NCBI GenBank assembly: GCA_019694735.1
Contig: JAIBBJ010000199.1
Span: 16,661 to 80,660 of the forward strand
DNA: 64,000 bases
From: Gemmatimonadaceae bacterium
Lineage (GTDB): Bacteria > Gemmatimonadota > Gemmatimonadetes > Gemmatimonadales > Gemmatimonadaceae
Reading direction: 5' to 3'
Position 1 is the stretch's first letter. Each line of letters opens with the position of its first letter. The translations under genes were made by a program, and so were the position numbers. Positions 37,209-45,766 of the stretch are shown in pieces. The notes beneath the pieces were generated by a model, which made no database searches, had not been told where the DNA came from, and was given only the letters and a program-made list of their open reading frames with translations.

Positions 37209-38036
37209 ATGGACGCCATCCAGGCCTACTTCAGCACCATCCCGTCGTCGCACCGCGCGCTGATCCTCGCCGGCGGCATCGCCTTCTTCTGGGTCTGGGA
37301 GAGCGCCTTCCCGCTCTTCCGGTTCGAGTACCGGAAGTGGCCCCACGCGCTCGTGAACCTCTTCTTCACCGCCACGACCATCGTCGTGAATTTCGTCCTC
37401 GCGTTCCTGCTCCTGGACGCGAGCGCCTGGGTGACCGGGGCCGGGATCGGCGTGCTCTCGTGGATGGGCGGTGCCCCGTTGTGGCTCCAGGCGCTGGTCG
37501 GGCTGCTGCTGCTCGATCTCGTCGGGGCGTGGCTGGCGCACTTCGTCGAGCACAAGACGCCGGTGCTCTGGCGCCTGCACCTGATCCACCACTCCGACAC
37601 GCACATCGACACGACGACGGCGAACCGGCACCATCCGGGGGAGAGCGTCGTCCGGTTCGCGTTCACCCTGCTCGCGGTGGTGGTCGCCGGGGCGCCGATG
37701 TGGCTGGTCTTCCTGTACCAGAGCCTGAGCGTGGTGCTCAGCCAGTTCAACCACGCCAACATCGCGCTGCCGGCCTGGCTCGACCGCGCGCTGGCGTGGG
37801 TGGTCGTCTCGCCGGACATGCACAAGGTGCACCACCACTACGTGCTGCCCTACACCGATTCGAACTACGGCAACGTCTTCTCGGTGTGGGACCGGGTGTT
37901 CGGCACCTTCATGGATATGGAGCGCGCCCGACTGGTGTATGGCGTGGATACCCACATGGATCCGCGCGAGCACGGGACCGTCGGGGCACTCCTGACGATG
38001 CCCCTGCGACCGGGGACCAAGGGCCCCAAGGGCTGA
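37209..38036 (+). CDS. Sterol desaturase / fatty acid hydroxylase family membrane protein
   Basis: His boxes AHFVEH, HLIHHSD, RHHP, FNHAN, HKVHHH; NYGNVFSVWDRVFGT. Confidence 0.9.
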   Translation: MDAIQAYFSTIPSSHRALILAGGIAFFWVWESAFPLFRFEYRKWPHALVNLFFTATTIVVNFVLAFLLLDASAWVTGAGIGVLSWMGGAPLWLQALVGLLLLDLVGAWLAHFVEHKTPVLWRLHLIHHSDTHIDTTTANRHHPGESVVRFAFTLLAVVVAGAPMWLVFLYQSLSVVLSQFNHANIALPAWLDRALAWVVVSPDMHKVHHHYVLPYTDSNYGNVFSVWDRVFGTFMDMERARLVYGVDTHMDPREHGTVGALLTMPLRPGTKGPKG

Positions 38037-38076
38037 GCAGGCGGCGTCCAACCCAGCGTCGGGTCGGTCGAACCGT

Positions 38077-38094
38077 TGTCAGGCAGAGTTGACG
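38077..38094. promoter_or_regulatory. PpsR/CrtJ-like box (distal): TGTCA-N8-TGACG
   Basis: TGTCAGGCAGAGTTGACG, one mismatch to TGT-N12-ACA and close to TGTCA-N8-TGACA; lies in the bchE upstream region. Confidence 0.5.
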
Positions 38095-38125
38095 GGGGAT
38101 TCTCTGTAGCCTACAGAGAATCCCC
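38095..38125. repeat. Perfect 15-bp inverted repeat with 1-nt spacer
   Basis: GGGGATTCTCTGTAG-C-CTACAGAGAATCCCC, read directly from the sequence. Confidence 0.9.
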
Positions 38126-38184
38126 TACGTCTTTCCCCTCACACGATTTAGGGCACTTCTCCCTACTGCGCTGAGGCGTCACTG

Positions 38185-38228
38185 TGTGCAGGTTCTGTGG
38201 CATTCCGGACTGTCACGCAAACCCGACA
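38185..38228. promoter_or_regulatory. Tandem PpsR/CrtJ-like boxes 8 bp apart upstream of bchE
   Basis: TGTGCAGGTTCTGTGGCA (38185-38202, TGT-N12-GCA), then 8 bp, then TGTCACGCAAACCCGACA (38211-38228, perfect TGT-N12-ACA); 23 bp before the bchE ATG. Confidence 0.65.
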
Positions 38229-38251
38229 CTCGCGATTCGGAGGCCCCTCGC

Positions 38252-39961
38252 ATGCGCATCGTCCTTGTGCACCCCAACTATCACTCGGGTGGGGCGGAGA
38301 TCGCGGGGAACTGGCCGCCGGCGTGGGTCGCCTACATCAGCGGGGCGCTCAAGGCGGCCGGGTTCACGGATGTGACCTTCCTCGATGCGATGACGGACCA
38401 CATCGCGGACGACGCGCTCGCGGCGCAGCTCCTCGCGCTCGACCCGGACGTGGTCATGCTCACGGCGATCACGCCGGCGATCTACAAGGCGCAGGAGACC
38501 GTCCAGCTGGTCCGCCGCGTGGTGCCCCGCGCCACGACGGTGCTCGGCGGCATCCACGGCACCTTCATGTACGGCCAGGTGCTCGGCGAGTGCCCGCAGA
38601 TCGACTACATCGTGCGCGGCGAGGGCGAGGAGGTCGTCGTGAACCTCGTGCGGGCGCTGGCCGAGGGCCGGCTCCCGGCCGAGCGCGAATCGATCCGCGG
38701 GATCGCGTTCCTCAAGGATGGCGCGCCGGTCGCGACCACGCCGCACCCGTCCATCCAGGATCTCGACACGCTGACGCCCGACTGGGACATCCTCAACTGG
38801 GACCGCTACATCTACATCCCGCTCAACACCCGGGTGGCGATCCCCAACTTCGCGCGCGGCTGCCCGTTCACCTGCAGCTTCTGCTCGCAGTGGAAGTTCT
38901 GGCGCCAGTACCGCACGCGCGACCCGAAGAAGTTCGTGGACGAGATCGAGTACCTCGTCACGAAGCACAAGGTCGGCTTCTTCATCCTCGCCGACGAGGA
39001 GCCGACGATCAACCGGAAGAAGTTCGTCGAGCTCTGCAACGAGCTGATCGCGCGCGACCTCGGCATCAAGTGGGGCATCAACACCCGCGTCACCGACATC
39101 CTGCGCGACGAGGAGCTGCTGCCGCTCTACCGCAAGGCGGGGCTCGTGCACGTCTCGCTCGGCACCGAGGCCGCGGCGCAACTCAAGCTCGACCGCTTCA
39201 ACAAGGAGATCAAGGTCGAGCAGTCCAAGAAGGCGATCCAGCTCCTCCGGCAGAACGGCATCGTCACCGAGGCGCAGTTCATCGTCGGGCTCGAGAACGA
39301 GACCCCGGAGACCCTCGAGGAGACGTACCGGATGGCGCAGGACTGGAAGCCGGATCTCGTCAACTGGAACTGCTACACGCCGTGGCCGTTCTCCGACCTC
39401 TTCGCCGACCTCGGCGACAAGGTCGAGGTGCGCGACTACGCGAAGTACAACTTCGTCACGCCGATCATCCAGCCCGACGTGATGACCCGTGACCAGGTGC
39501 TCTTCCACGTCCTGAAGAACTACCGCCGCTTCTACTTCAGGAAGGCGACCGGCGGGTATCTCTGGGACAAGGACCCGTTCCGCCGGAAGTACCTCCGCGG
39601 CTGCCTGAAGGCCTACCTCAAGAGCGCCATGGAGCGCCGCTTCTACGACCTCGGCCGCGTGAACTACTGGGGTGCCGGCAAGGCCGACTGGCAGTTCGAC
39701 GAGTCCAAGATCACCTCGAAGGAGGAGCTGGTGCGCCTCCGCACCAAGCGCGAGATCCAGCACGTGCACGGGCAGTCGCCGCTCGATCCGGCGGTGCCGA
39801 TGGTCTCGGTCGCGGGGCACGAGCTCCCCGCCGACGAGTTCATCGCGCCCAAGCGCTCGACGATGCGCCCCAAGGCGAAGGGCGGCACCGCGGTGATGCC
39901 GGACGAGGACGCCTCGACCGCCGCCGTCGCGGCCGCCAGCGAGGGGATCCGCGCATGCTGA
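38252..39961 (+). CDS. bchE: Mg-protoporphyrin IX monomethyl ester anaerobic oxidative cyclase (B12-dependent radical SAM)
   Basis: Diagnostic N-terminus [28 protein letters not shown]; [18 protein letters not shown] radical SAM motif; [18 protein letters not shown]; GGAGG SD before ATG 38252. Confidence 0.95.
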   Translation: MRIVLVHPNYHSGGAEIAGNWPPAWVAYISGALKAAGFTDVTFLDAMTDHIADDALAAQLLALDPDVVMLTAITPAIYKAQETVQLVRRVVPRATTVLGGIHGTFMYGQVLGECPQIDYIVRGEGEEVVVNLVRALAEGRLPAERESIRGIAFLKDGAPVATTPHPSIQDLDTLTPDWDILNWDRYIYIPLNTRVAIPNFARGCPFTCSFCSQWKFWRQYRTRDPKKFVDEIEYLVTKHKVGFFILADEEPTINRKKFVELCNELIARDLGIKWGINTRVTDILRDEELLPLYRKAGLVHVSLGTEAAAQLKLDRFNKEIKVEQSKKAIQLLRQNGIVTEAQFIVGLENETPETLEETYRMAQDWKPDLVNWNCYTPWPFSDLFADLGDKVEVRDYAKYNFVTPIIQPDVMTRDQVLFHVLKNYRRFYFRKATGGYLWDKDPFRRKYLRGCLKAYLKSAMERRFYDLGRVNYWGAGKADWQFDESKITSKEELVRLRTKREIQHVHGQSPLDPAVPMVSVAGHELPADEFIAPKRSTMRPKAKGGTAVMPDEDASTAAVAAASEGIRAC

Positions 39962-41322
39962 GCCTCGGCGACCTGGCCGAGCCGGTGCCGGCGGACCTGC
40001 TCGCGAAGTACGATGTCGCCGGGCCGCGCTACACGTCGTATCCCACCGTCCCGGCCTGGCGCGACGACTTCGCGCCCGACGACTTCGCGCGCGCCCTCCG
40101 CGCGGCCGGGGCGACCGGGACGCCGGTGGCCCTCTACGGCCACTTCCCGTACTGCGCCGCCAAGTGCTTCTACTGCGGCTGCAACGCCGTCACCACCAGC
40201 CGGCCGGAGGCGATCGACCGCTACCTCGACGACCTCGAGCGGGAGCTCGACTGCGTCGTCGGCGAGCTCGGGCGCTTCCACCGGACGGCGCAGCTGCACT
40301 GGGGCGGGGGCACCCCGAATCACCTCGACGACCGCCAGCTCGAACGCGCGTTCCGCCTCTACGCCGACCGCTTCCGCTTCACCGACGAGGTCGAGCTGAG
40401 CCTCGAGGCCGACCCGCGACTCGTCTCGCGGGAGCAGCTCCGGACCCTGCGCGCCCTCGGCTTCACGCGCATCTCGTTCGGGGTGCAGGACCTCGACCGC
40501 AACGTCCAGGAGGCGATCGGCCGCCTGCAGTCGCCGGCCCTCGTGCGCGACGTGTGCGAGAGCGCGCGCGAGGCCGGCTTCACCGGGCTCAACATCGACC
40601 TCATCTACGGCCTGCCGCGGCAGACGCCGGAGTCCTTCGCGCGCACCATCGACGAGGCCCTGCGCCTCGGGCCCGACCGGGTCGCCTGCTTCGGCTACGC
40701 GCACCTGCCGTCGTCGCGGCCGCACCAGCGTGTCATCGAGGAGGCCGAGCTGCCCGACGCGCCCGAACGGGCGGCCCTGTTCCAGCTCGCGGTGCGCCGC
40801 TTCACCGAGGCGGGGTACGCCTGGATCGGGCTCGACCACTTCGCGAAGGCCGACGACCCGCTCGCGGTCGCGCAGCGCGAGGGGCGGCTCCACCGGAACT
40901 TCATGGGCTATACCACGATGCCGGCCGCACATCTCGTCGGCACCGGGATGAGCGCCATCTCCGACGTCGGCGGCGCCTTCGCGCAGAACGAGGCGCGGCT
41001 CGGTCCGTGGCGCGAGCGGGTGGACGCCGGGCGGCTGAGCACGGTGCGCGGCCTGTGGCTCTCCGACGATGACCGCGCGCGGAAGCACGCCATCCAGCAG
41101 CTGATGTGCAACCTCGAGCTCGCCTTCGACGACATCCCGCCCGGTGTCGACGACCTGCGGGCGCGCTTCGCGCCGTTCGAGGACGACGGTTTCGTCGAGT
41201 TCGGTGTGGACCGCGTGCAGGTCACGCCGCGCGGCCGGTTCTTCATCCGCAACCTCTGCATGGAACTCGACGCCTACCTGCCGACCCAGCAGGGACAGGG
41301 GCGCTTCTCGAGGACGGTGTGA
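39955..41322 (+). CDS. hemN: Oxygen-independent coproporphyrinogen III oxidase
   Basis: [13 protein letters not shown]; [15 protein letters not shown]; HWGGGTP; RISFGVQD; [10 protein letters not shown]; IGLDHFA; LHRNFMGYT; 7-bp overlap with bchE. Confidence 0.92.
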   Translation: MLSLGDLAEPVPADLLAKYDVAGPRYTSYPTVPAWRDDFAPDDFARALRAAGATGTPVALYGHFPYCAAKCFYCGCNAVTTSRPEAIDRYLDDLERELDCVVGELGRFHRTAQLHWGGGTPNHLDDRQLERAFRLYADRFRFTDEVELSLEADPRLVSREQLRTLRALGFTRISFGVQDLDRNVQEAIGRLQSPALVRDVCESAREAGFTGLNIDLIYGLPRQTPESFARTIDEALRLGPDRVACFGYAHLPSSRPHQRVIEEAELPDAPERAALFQLAVRRFTEAGYAWIGLDHFAKADDPLAVAQREGRLHRNFMGYTTMPAAHLVGTGMSAISDVGGAFAQNEARLGPWRERVDAGRLSTVRGLWLSDDDRARKHAIQQLMCNLELAFDDIPPGVDDLRARFAPFEDDGFVEFGVDRVQVTPRGRFFIRNLCMELDAYLPTQQGQGRFSRTV

Positions 41323-41918
41323 CCGCGTCGGCCGGCCGGATCGGCCCGAACGCGATCATCCAGACGGCGGCCGCACTGCGCGCGCGCGTGGGCGAGGTCC
41401 ACGCGCAGGCGCTGGTCGTCGGCGCCACCGGACGCGGCCTCGGCGCGCTCCCGACCGAGATGGTGGACGAGGCCGAGGTGAACCGGCTCGTGCGCGCGCT
41501 CGCCCACGACCTCGACCCGGCACTCTTCGAGGCCGTCCTCCGCGACGCGGGACGGCGGACCGCCGACTACCTGATGGCGCACCGGATCCCGCGCCTCGCA
41601 CAGCGGCTCATGGGCCTGCTGCCGCCGGCGCTCGCGCTCCGGGTCCTGCTCGCAGGCATCATGCGGCACACCTGGACGTTCGCCGGGTCGGCCGCCGTGA
41701 CGCTGAGGCGACCGCGCGGCGCGCCGCTCACCCTCGAGATGCGGCACTGCCCCATGTGCCGAGGGATGCGCACGGGGACCGCGACCTGTCACTTCTACGC
41801 CGCGACGCTGGAGCACCTGCTCACGACGCTCGTCACCCCGGCGGCACGGGTGGTCGAGACGAGTTGCGAGGCGACGGGCGGCCCCGCCTGCGCGTTCGCG
41901 CTTCGGCTCCGCGGCTAG
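41319..41918 (+). CDS. bchJ: BchJ (V4R-domain bacteriochlorophyll biosynthesis protein)
   Basis: RIGPNAIIQ; GRRTADYLMAHRIP; RHTWTFAGS; CPMC..CHFYAATLEHL..ETSCEATGGPAC; GTG start overlaps the hemN stop (GTGA). Confidence 0.9.
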   Translation: MTASAGRIGPNAIIQTAAALRARVGEVHAQALVVGATGRGLGALPTEMVDEAEVNRLVRALAHDLDPALFEAVLRDAGRRTADYLMAHRIPRLAQRLMGLLPPALALRVLLAGIMRHTWTFAGSAAVTLRRPRGAPLTLEMRHCPMCRGMRTGTATCHFYAATLEHLLTTLVTPAARVVETSCEATGGPACAFALRLRG

Positions 41919-41990
41919 GCTGCCGCAGCGAGGCGCCGAAGCCGGGAGCCGAAGCTAGGCGCCACGGCGCCGGACGCGCCCCCCGGGCCC

Positions 41991-42614
41991 TCAGCCGGTC
42001 GGTCCGTCGCCGGCTGCCGTGCCCCCGTGACGCGCCAGCCGCGCCATCAGGTGGCGCCGCACGTCCGGCCACTCCGCGCGGAGGATGCTGTACATCACGG
42101 TGTCGCGGGCCGTGCCGTCCTTCCGGGCCTGGTGGTGCCGCAGGATGCCGTCGCGCTGTGCGCCCAGCGCCTCGATCGCGCGCTGCGAACGCGCATTGAA
42201 GCGGTCCGTGCGCAGGCCGACCACGGCGCAGCCGAGCGCGTCGAAGGCGTGCGTCAGCAGAAGGAGCTTGCACGCGGTGTTCACGTGGCTCCGCTGCCAA
42301 CGGGCCGCGTACCAGGTATAGCCGATCTCGACGCGGTCGATCGCCGCCTCGATGTCGTGGAAGCGCGTCGTCCCGACGATGGTCCCGTCGCCGGCGAGGC
42401 GGACGACCCAGGGCCACATCCGCCCGTCCCGCTGGCCCGCGAGCGCGGTCTCGACGTACGCGGCCGCCTCCTCCGGGCGCGGCACGGACGTGAACCAGAG
42501 CTCCCAGAGCGCGCCGTCGCGCGCCGCCTCGGCCAGGGGCTCCGCGTGCATCGGCGTCAGTGGCTCGAGGCGCACGCCATGCCCCTCGAGGGTCACCGGT
42601 GTCAGATGGATCAT
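41991..42614 (-). CDS. GNAT (RimJ/RimL-like) N-acetyltransferase
   Basis: VTLEGHGVRLEPL; VGTTRF; VEIGYTWYAARWQRSHVNTACKLLLL; NARSQRAIEALGA; RDTVMYSILRAEWP. Confidence 0.9.
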   Translation of the reverse strand: MIHLTPVTLEGHGVRLEPLTPMHAEPLAEAARDGALWELWFTSVPRPEEAAAYVETALAGQRDGRMWPWVVRLAGDGTIVGTTRFHDIEAAIDRVEIGYTWYAARWQRSHVNTACKLLLLTHAFDALGCAVVGLRTDRFNARSQRAIEALGAQRDGILRHHQARKDGTARDTVMYSILRAEWPDVRRHLMARLARHGGTAAGDGPTG

Positions 42615-42728
42615 GGTCCGAATGTAATCCAGGTCACGCGCGCGCGGCGCCGCGCCCGCCGCGTGACGCAGCGCACGAAACCTCGTGCGTGCTCGCGCGT
42701 ATCTTCGAGTGGACCTCACCCCACACCC

Positions 42729-43808
42729 ATGCACATGACCCGCGCCCGTTCCGTGTTCGTGCTCGCCGCGCTCGTCGCGGCGGCCGCCTGCTCCGACTCC
42801 ACCGGGCCCTTGCCGCCCCTCGACGAGGCCGCGCTCGTCGGCGACATGAACGCCGCCGCGTCCGCCACGGACGCCCCCGCGGCCGCCAGTCTCGCGGTCC
42901 TGGGCGACCAGATGAACTTCGCCCTCGGCGGCGGGGTCGCCGTCGTCGCGGCAGAGGCCGTGCCCGCGCTGCTCAAGGACCCGCTCGCCCTCGTGAAGGA
43001 CGGCGCGCTCGCCAAGCGCCTCGCCCCGACCACCGGCGGCACGACCGCCAGCGTCATCCCGCAGGCCGCGCTCGGCAAGACGTTCGTGTACTCGACCGAC
43101 TCCGGCCGCTACGTCTTGAGCGCACGGACCGGAGCGCCCGCGAACGGCGTCCGGTTCGTGCTCTACGCGGTGGACCCCCTCTTCCAGGAGATCGTGCTGC
43201 CGCTCACCGAGGTGGGCTACGCCGACCTCACGCGGACGGTCGTGAACGACAATGCGCGCGCCCGCGTCGAGGTCTGGACGACGGGTGGCGAGACCAAGGT
43301 GCTCGACTACGTCGCGATCGTCGGCGGCACGCTCGTCGCCCCGGCGGTGACCGTCGAGGGCTTCTCGCGGAATGGCGCCGACTCGCTCGCCTTCCGGCTG
43401 GTGACGCGCGCGTCGCTCGCGAATGAGAGCGTCAGCATCAACTGGCGCGCGGCCGTGCCGTCGCGCGACCTCGTGACCGTCGTCGAGCAGGTGCTCACCG
43501 GCGGCGAGGTCGGGTCCGTCGCCTTCGACGGCAAGATCGCGAGCGCCAATGGGGTCGTGACCATGAAGGGCACGCTCCAGCAGCAGTCCGGCGGCACGAT
43601 CACGGTCAAGGTGAACGGCGAGACCTTCGCGCGCATCGTGCTCGCGACGCCGAGCGCCGAACCGGAGATCACGGGCCCGACCGGCGAGCCGCTGACCGAA
43701 CAGCAGGTCGTCATGCTCCAGCAGATCTTCGCCTGGTTCCAGGGCGCCTATGCCCTCTTCTTCGGCCTCCTGGCCCCGGTCTCCGGCCTGCTCGACCTCG
43801 CCTTCTGA
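42729..43808 (+). CDS. Hypothetical lipoprotein
   Basis: Lipobox LVAAAAC-SDSTGP; beta-rich mature region; clean ORF followed by a strong hairpin. Confidence 0.75.
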   Translation: MHMTRARSVFVLAALVAAAACSDSTGPLPPLDEAALVGDMNAAASATDAPAAASLAVLGDQMNFALGGGVAVVAAEAVPALLKDPLALVKDGALAKRLAPTTGGTTASVIPQAALGKTFVYSTDSGRYVLSARTGAPANGVRFVLYAVDPLFQEIVLPLTEVGYADLTRTVVNDNARARVEVWTTGGETKVLDYVAIVGGTLVAPAVTVEGFSRNGADSLAFRLVTRASLANESVSINWRAAVPSRDLVTVVEQVLTGGEVGSVAFDGKIASANGVVTMKGTLQQQSGGTITVKVNGETFARIVLATPSAEPEITGPTGEPLTEQQVVMLQQIFAWFQGAYALFFGLLAPVSGLLDLAF

Positions 43809-43848
43809 CGCGACGCTGGCGCCGGGGGGTACCGGCGTCGGGTGAACT

Positions 43849-43888
43849 GAGGCCCCCGGCCGGTCCTTCGGGACCGGCCGGGGGCCTC
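43849..43888. terminator. Perfect 18-bp-stem hairpin with C(UUCG)G tetraloop between convergent genes
   Basis: GAGGCCCCCGGCCGGTCC-TTCG-GGACCGGCCGGGGGCCTC. Confidence 0.7.
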
Positions 43889-43908
43889 GTCATCTGGTCG
43901 GCGTCACC

Positions 43909-43957
43909 CGGGCGCGCGGGACTCGGGCGCGCGGGACTCGGGCGCGCGGGACTCGGG
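43909..43957. repeat. 15-bp tandem repeat x3 (CGGGCGCGCGGGACT) plus partial copy
   Basis: Three exact copies at 43909, 43924 and 43939, just downstream of the CBS gene stop. Confidence 0.85.
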
Positions 43958-43964
43958 GGCCGGG

Positions 43965-44429
43965 TCACACGGGGGCGCCGCGCCTCGGGAAGACGAAGGT
44001 CTGCTGCCCGAGCCGACGGTCGGCGACCGCGGAGACGAGGTCCACCGTGGACACGATCCCGACGAGGCGGTGGTCCTCGACGACGGGCAGCCGGTGCAGC
44101 CGTTCGCGCTTCATCACCTCGGCGGCGAGCGTGACCGCGTCGTCCGGGCGCAGCGAGCGCACGGGCGCGCGCGTCATCGCCTCCTCGACCGCGTGTCCCT
44201 CGAGGATCCCGTGCTCGCGTCCGCCGTCCATCTCCGGTGGCTCGGACGGGAGTCCGGCGATGAAGTCGAGCAGGTCGCTGGCGCTGAGCATGCCGACGAT
44301 GCGGCCGTTCGCCACGACGGGCATCCCGCCGAGCCGCTCGGTGGCGAGGAGTTCGGCGGCCTCGCGGATGCTGACGTCCGGTGCGATGGTCAGCACCTCC
44401 GTGGTCATGATGTCGCGTAGCTTGAGCAT
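43965..44429 (-). CDS. CBS domain pair protein
   Basis: LRDIMTTEV...GGMPVV..GRIVGMLS..D; VEEAMT..; RLPVV..RLVGIVSTVDL. Confidence 0.9.
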   Translation of the reverse strand: MLKLRDIMTTEVLTIAPDVSIREAAELLATERLGGMPVVANGRIVGMLSASDLLDFIAGLPSEPPEMDGGREHGILEGHAVEEAMTRAPVRSLRPDDAVTLAAEVMKRERLHRLPVVEDHRLVGIVSTVDLVSAVADRRLGQQTFVFPRRGAPV

Positions 44430-44456
44430 CGGGACCTCCCGGGTGTTGGCGCGGCC

Positions 44457-45551
44457 TCAGCGCGTGGTGGGGAGCGGGAAGCGGAGCCCGGCGAAGACGC
44501 CCTCGCCGTCGGACGGCATATCGCCGCCGACCGGGGCGAGCGCGACCTCGGCACCTGCCGCGAGCGCCCGCTGCACGAGTGCCTCGATCTCGTCGGGGTG
44601 CTGCCGCCAGGCGCGTTCGGAGAAGATGAGCTCGGCGAGGGCGCCCAGGTCGGCGGCGGTGCGGGCGGGCGTGAGTCCGACGGCGGCCCGGCCGTGTGCG
44701 TGCGCCATCTCGCGCAGCTCCGCGACGCGACGGAGCCGGAGCGTACGCTCGAGGTCCTGGAGGGCCCCATGGATGACCGGGGCGGTCACCGCGTCATCCG
44801 CGGAGAGCGCGAGATCGGCGACCAGCACCGCGCGGTCGGCCACCGCGCCGGGCAGGTGGGCGAGCAGGCGGGCCGCAGCCTCGGCGCCGCCGCCGATCAG
44901 GATCGGCATGGTTCGTCCCGCCAGATGGAGCACCTGGGTGCGCGCGAACGCGAGCAGTCGGTCCGTGGCCTCCTGCCGCTGGCGCTGGTCCTCATCGGTC
45001 CTCGTGCGGCCACGCGTGCCGTCGTGGAACCCGAGGCGCGCCGCGTCCCCCATGTGCGGTCCCGGCTCGTGGTCGAGCGTGGCATCGCGCGAGACCAGCG
45101 GCTCCAGCACACCCTCGTGCCAGCGGTGGATGCGCAGGTGCAGGCGGTCGATGCGGACCACGAGCGCCGGCGGCTCGTCCGCCGCGCGGAGGAACGGGAC
45201 CAGTCGCACGCCCGGGCCCCACGCCACCTGCGTCTCGGCCGCGTCGCGGAGGTGGACCGTGAGCACCTCGCCGCCGGCACTGGCGAAGCAGGCCCACCCG
45301 AGCCCGCCGGCCGGGGTCTCGCCGTTCGGCAGCCGGCCGAGGACTTCCGCGGCGCAGCGCTCGAAGGCGTCCTGCTCGTCGGCCGGGGCCTGGACGAGCG
45401 ACTCGCGGACGTCGTTCAGTCCCTGCCGGAGGCGGACGCGCCAGTTGCGGCGCGCCGCGGGGTCCGCCGGGGCCGCCTCGATGTACACGGAGAGGGTGAG
45501 CTCGTCGCGGTGCGCACGCACGAAATCGAGGAGATCGTCTCGGATGTTCAC
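44457..45551 (-). CDS. Bacterial archaeo-eukaryotic release factor 1 (baeRF)-like protein
   Basis: GTG 45551 after GGAGG; LSVYI N-domain; middle domain VVRIDR..RI / ILIGGG; eRF1 domain-3-like GRAAVG...LAELI...IEALVQRALAAGAEV...GVFAGLRF; no GGQ. Confidence 0.65.
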   Translation of the reverse strand: MNIRDDLLDFVRAHRDELTLSVYIEAAPADPAARRNWRVRLRQGLNDVRESLVQAPADEQDAFERCAAEVLGRLPNGETPAGGLGWACFASAGGEVLTVHLRDAAETQVAWGPGVRLVPFLRAADEPPALVVRIDRLHLRIHRWHEGVLEPLVSRDATLDHEPGPHMGDAARLGFHDGTRGRTRTDEDQRQRQEATDRLLAFARTQVLHLAGRTMPILIGGGAEAAARLLAHLPGAVADRAVLVADLALSADDAVTAPVIHGALQDLERTLRLRRVAELREMAHAHGRAAVGLTPARTAADLGALAELIFSERAWRQHPDEIEALVQRALAAGAEVALAPVGGDMPSDGEGVFAGLRFPLPTTR

Positions 45552-45711
45552 GGGGCCCTCCGGCTCGTTCGGATCCACCGTACAGGTGCAATACTGCCCG
45601 GCGGTGCGGTGGGAGCCATCAGCGGAGATGCTGAACCCGTGTGCGGGGAAACCGTAGGTGGGCCGAAGCCGCACGGGTGGGTTCCCTCGCACGGCGCGGC
45701 CGGGAAGCACG

Positions 45712-45741
45712 ACGGGGCGGCGCCGTCCGGCGCCGCCCCGT
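45712..45741 (-). terminator. 13-bp-stem hairpin downstream of the giant FN3 gene
   Basis: ACGGGGCGGCGCC-GTCC-GGCGCCGCCCCGT, 25 bp past the stop at 45767. Confidence 0.5.
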
Positions 45742-45766
45742 TGCGTGTCGAGCCGCTGTCGAGCGG

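Noticed and set aside
37209-38036. Sterol desaturase as part of the photosynthesis module
   Set aside because: Separated from bchE by 215 bp containing its own regulatory elements; widespread family with no specific link visible
38037-38251. FNR box or cobalamin riboswitch upstream of B12-dependent bchE
   Set aside because: No TTGAT-N4-ATCAA match (TTGAC at 38089 lacks the right half) and no B12-box seen
39955-41322. Alternative call as heme chaperone HemW
   Set aside because: It has the long HemN N-terminus with GPRYTSYPT plus LHRNFMGYT, typical of true HemN
41319-41918. Calling BchJ an 8-vinyl (4-vinyl) reductase
   Set aside because: That legacy annotation is not supported by later work (BciA/BciB do this step); function left open
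43909-43957. Short direct repeats as a possible CRISPR array
   Set aside because: Contiguous 15-bp units with no spacers and no cas genes in the window
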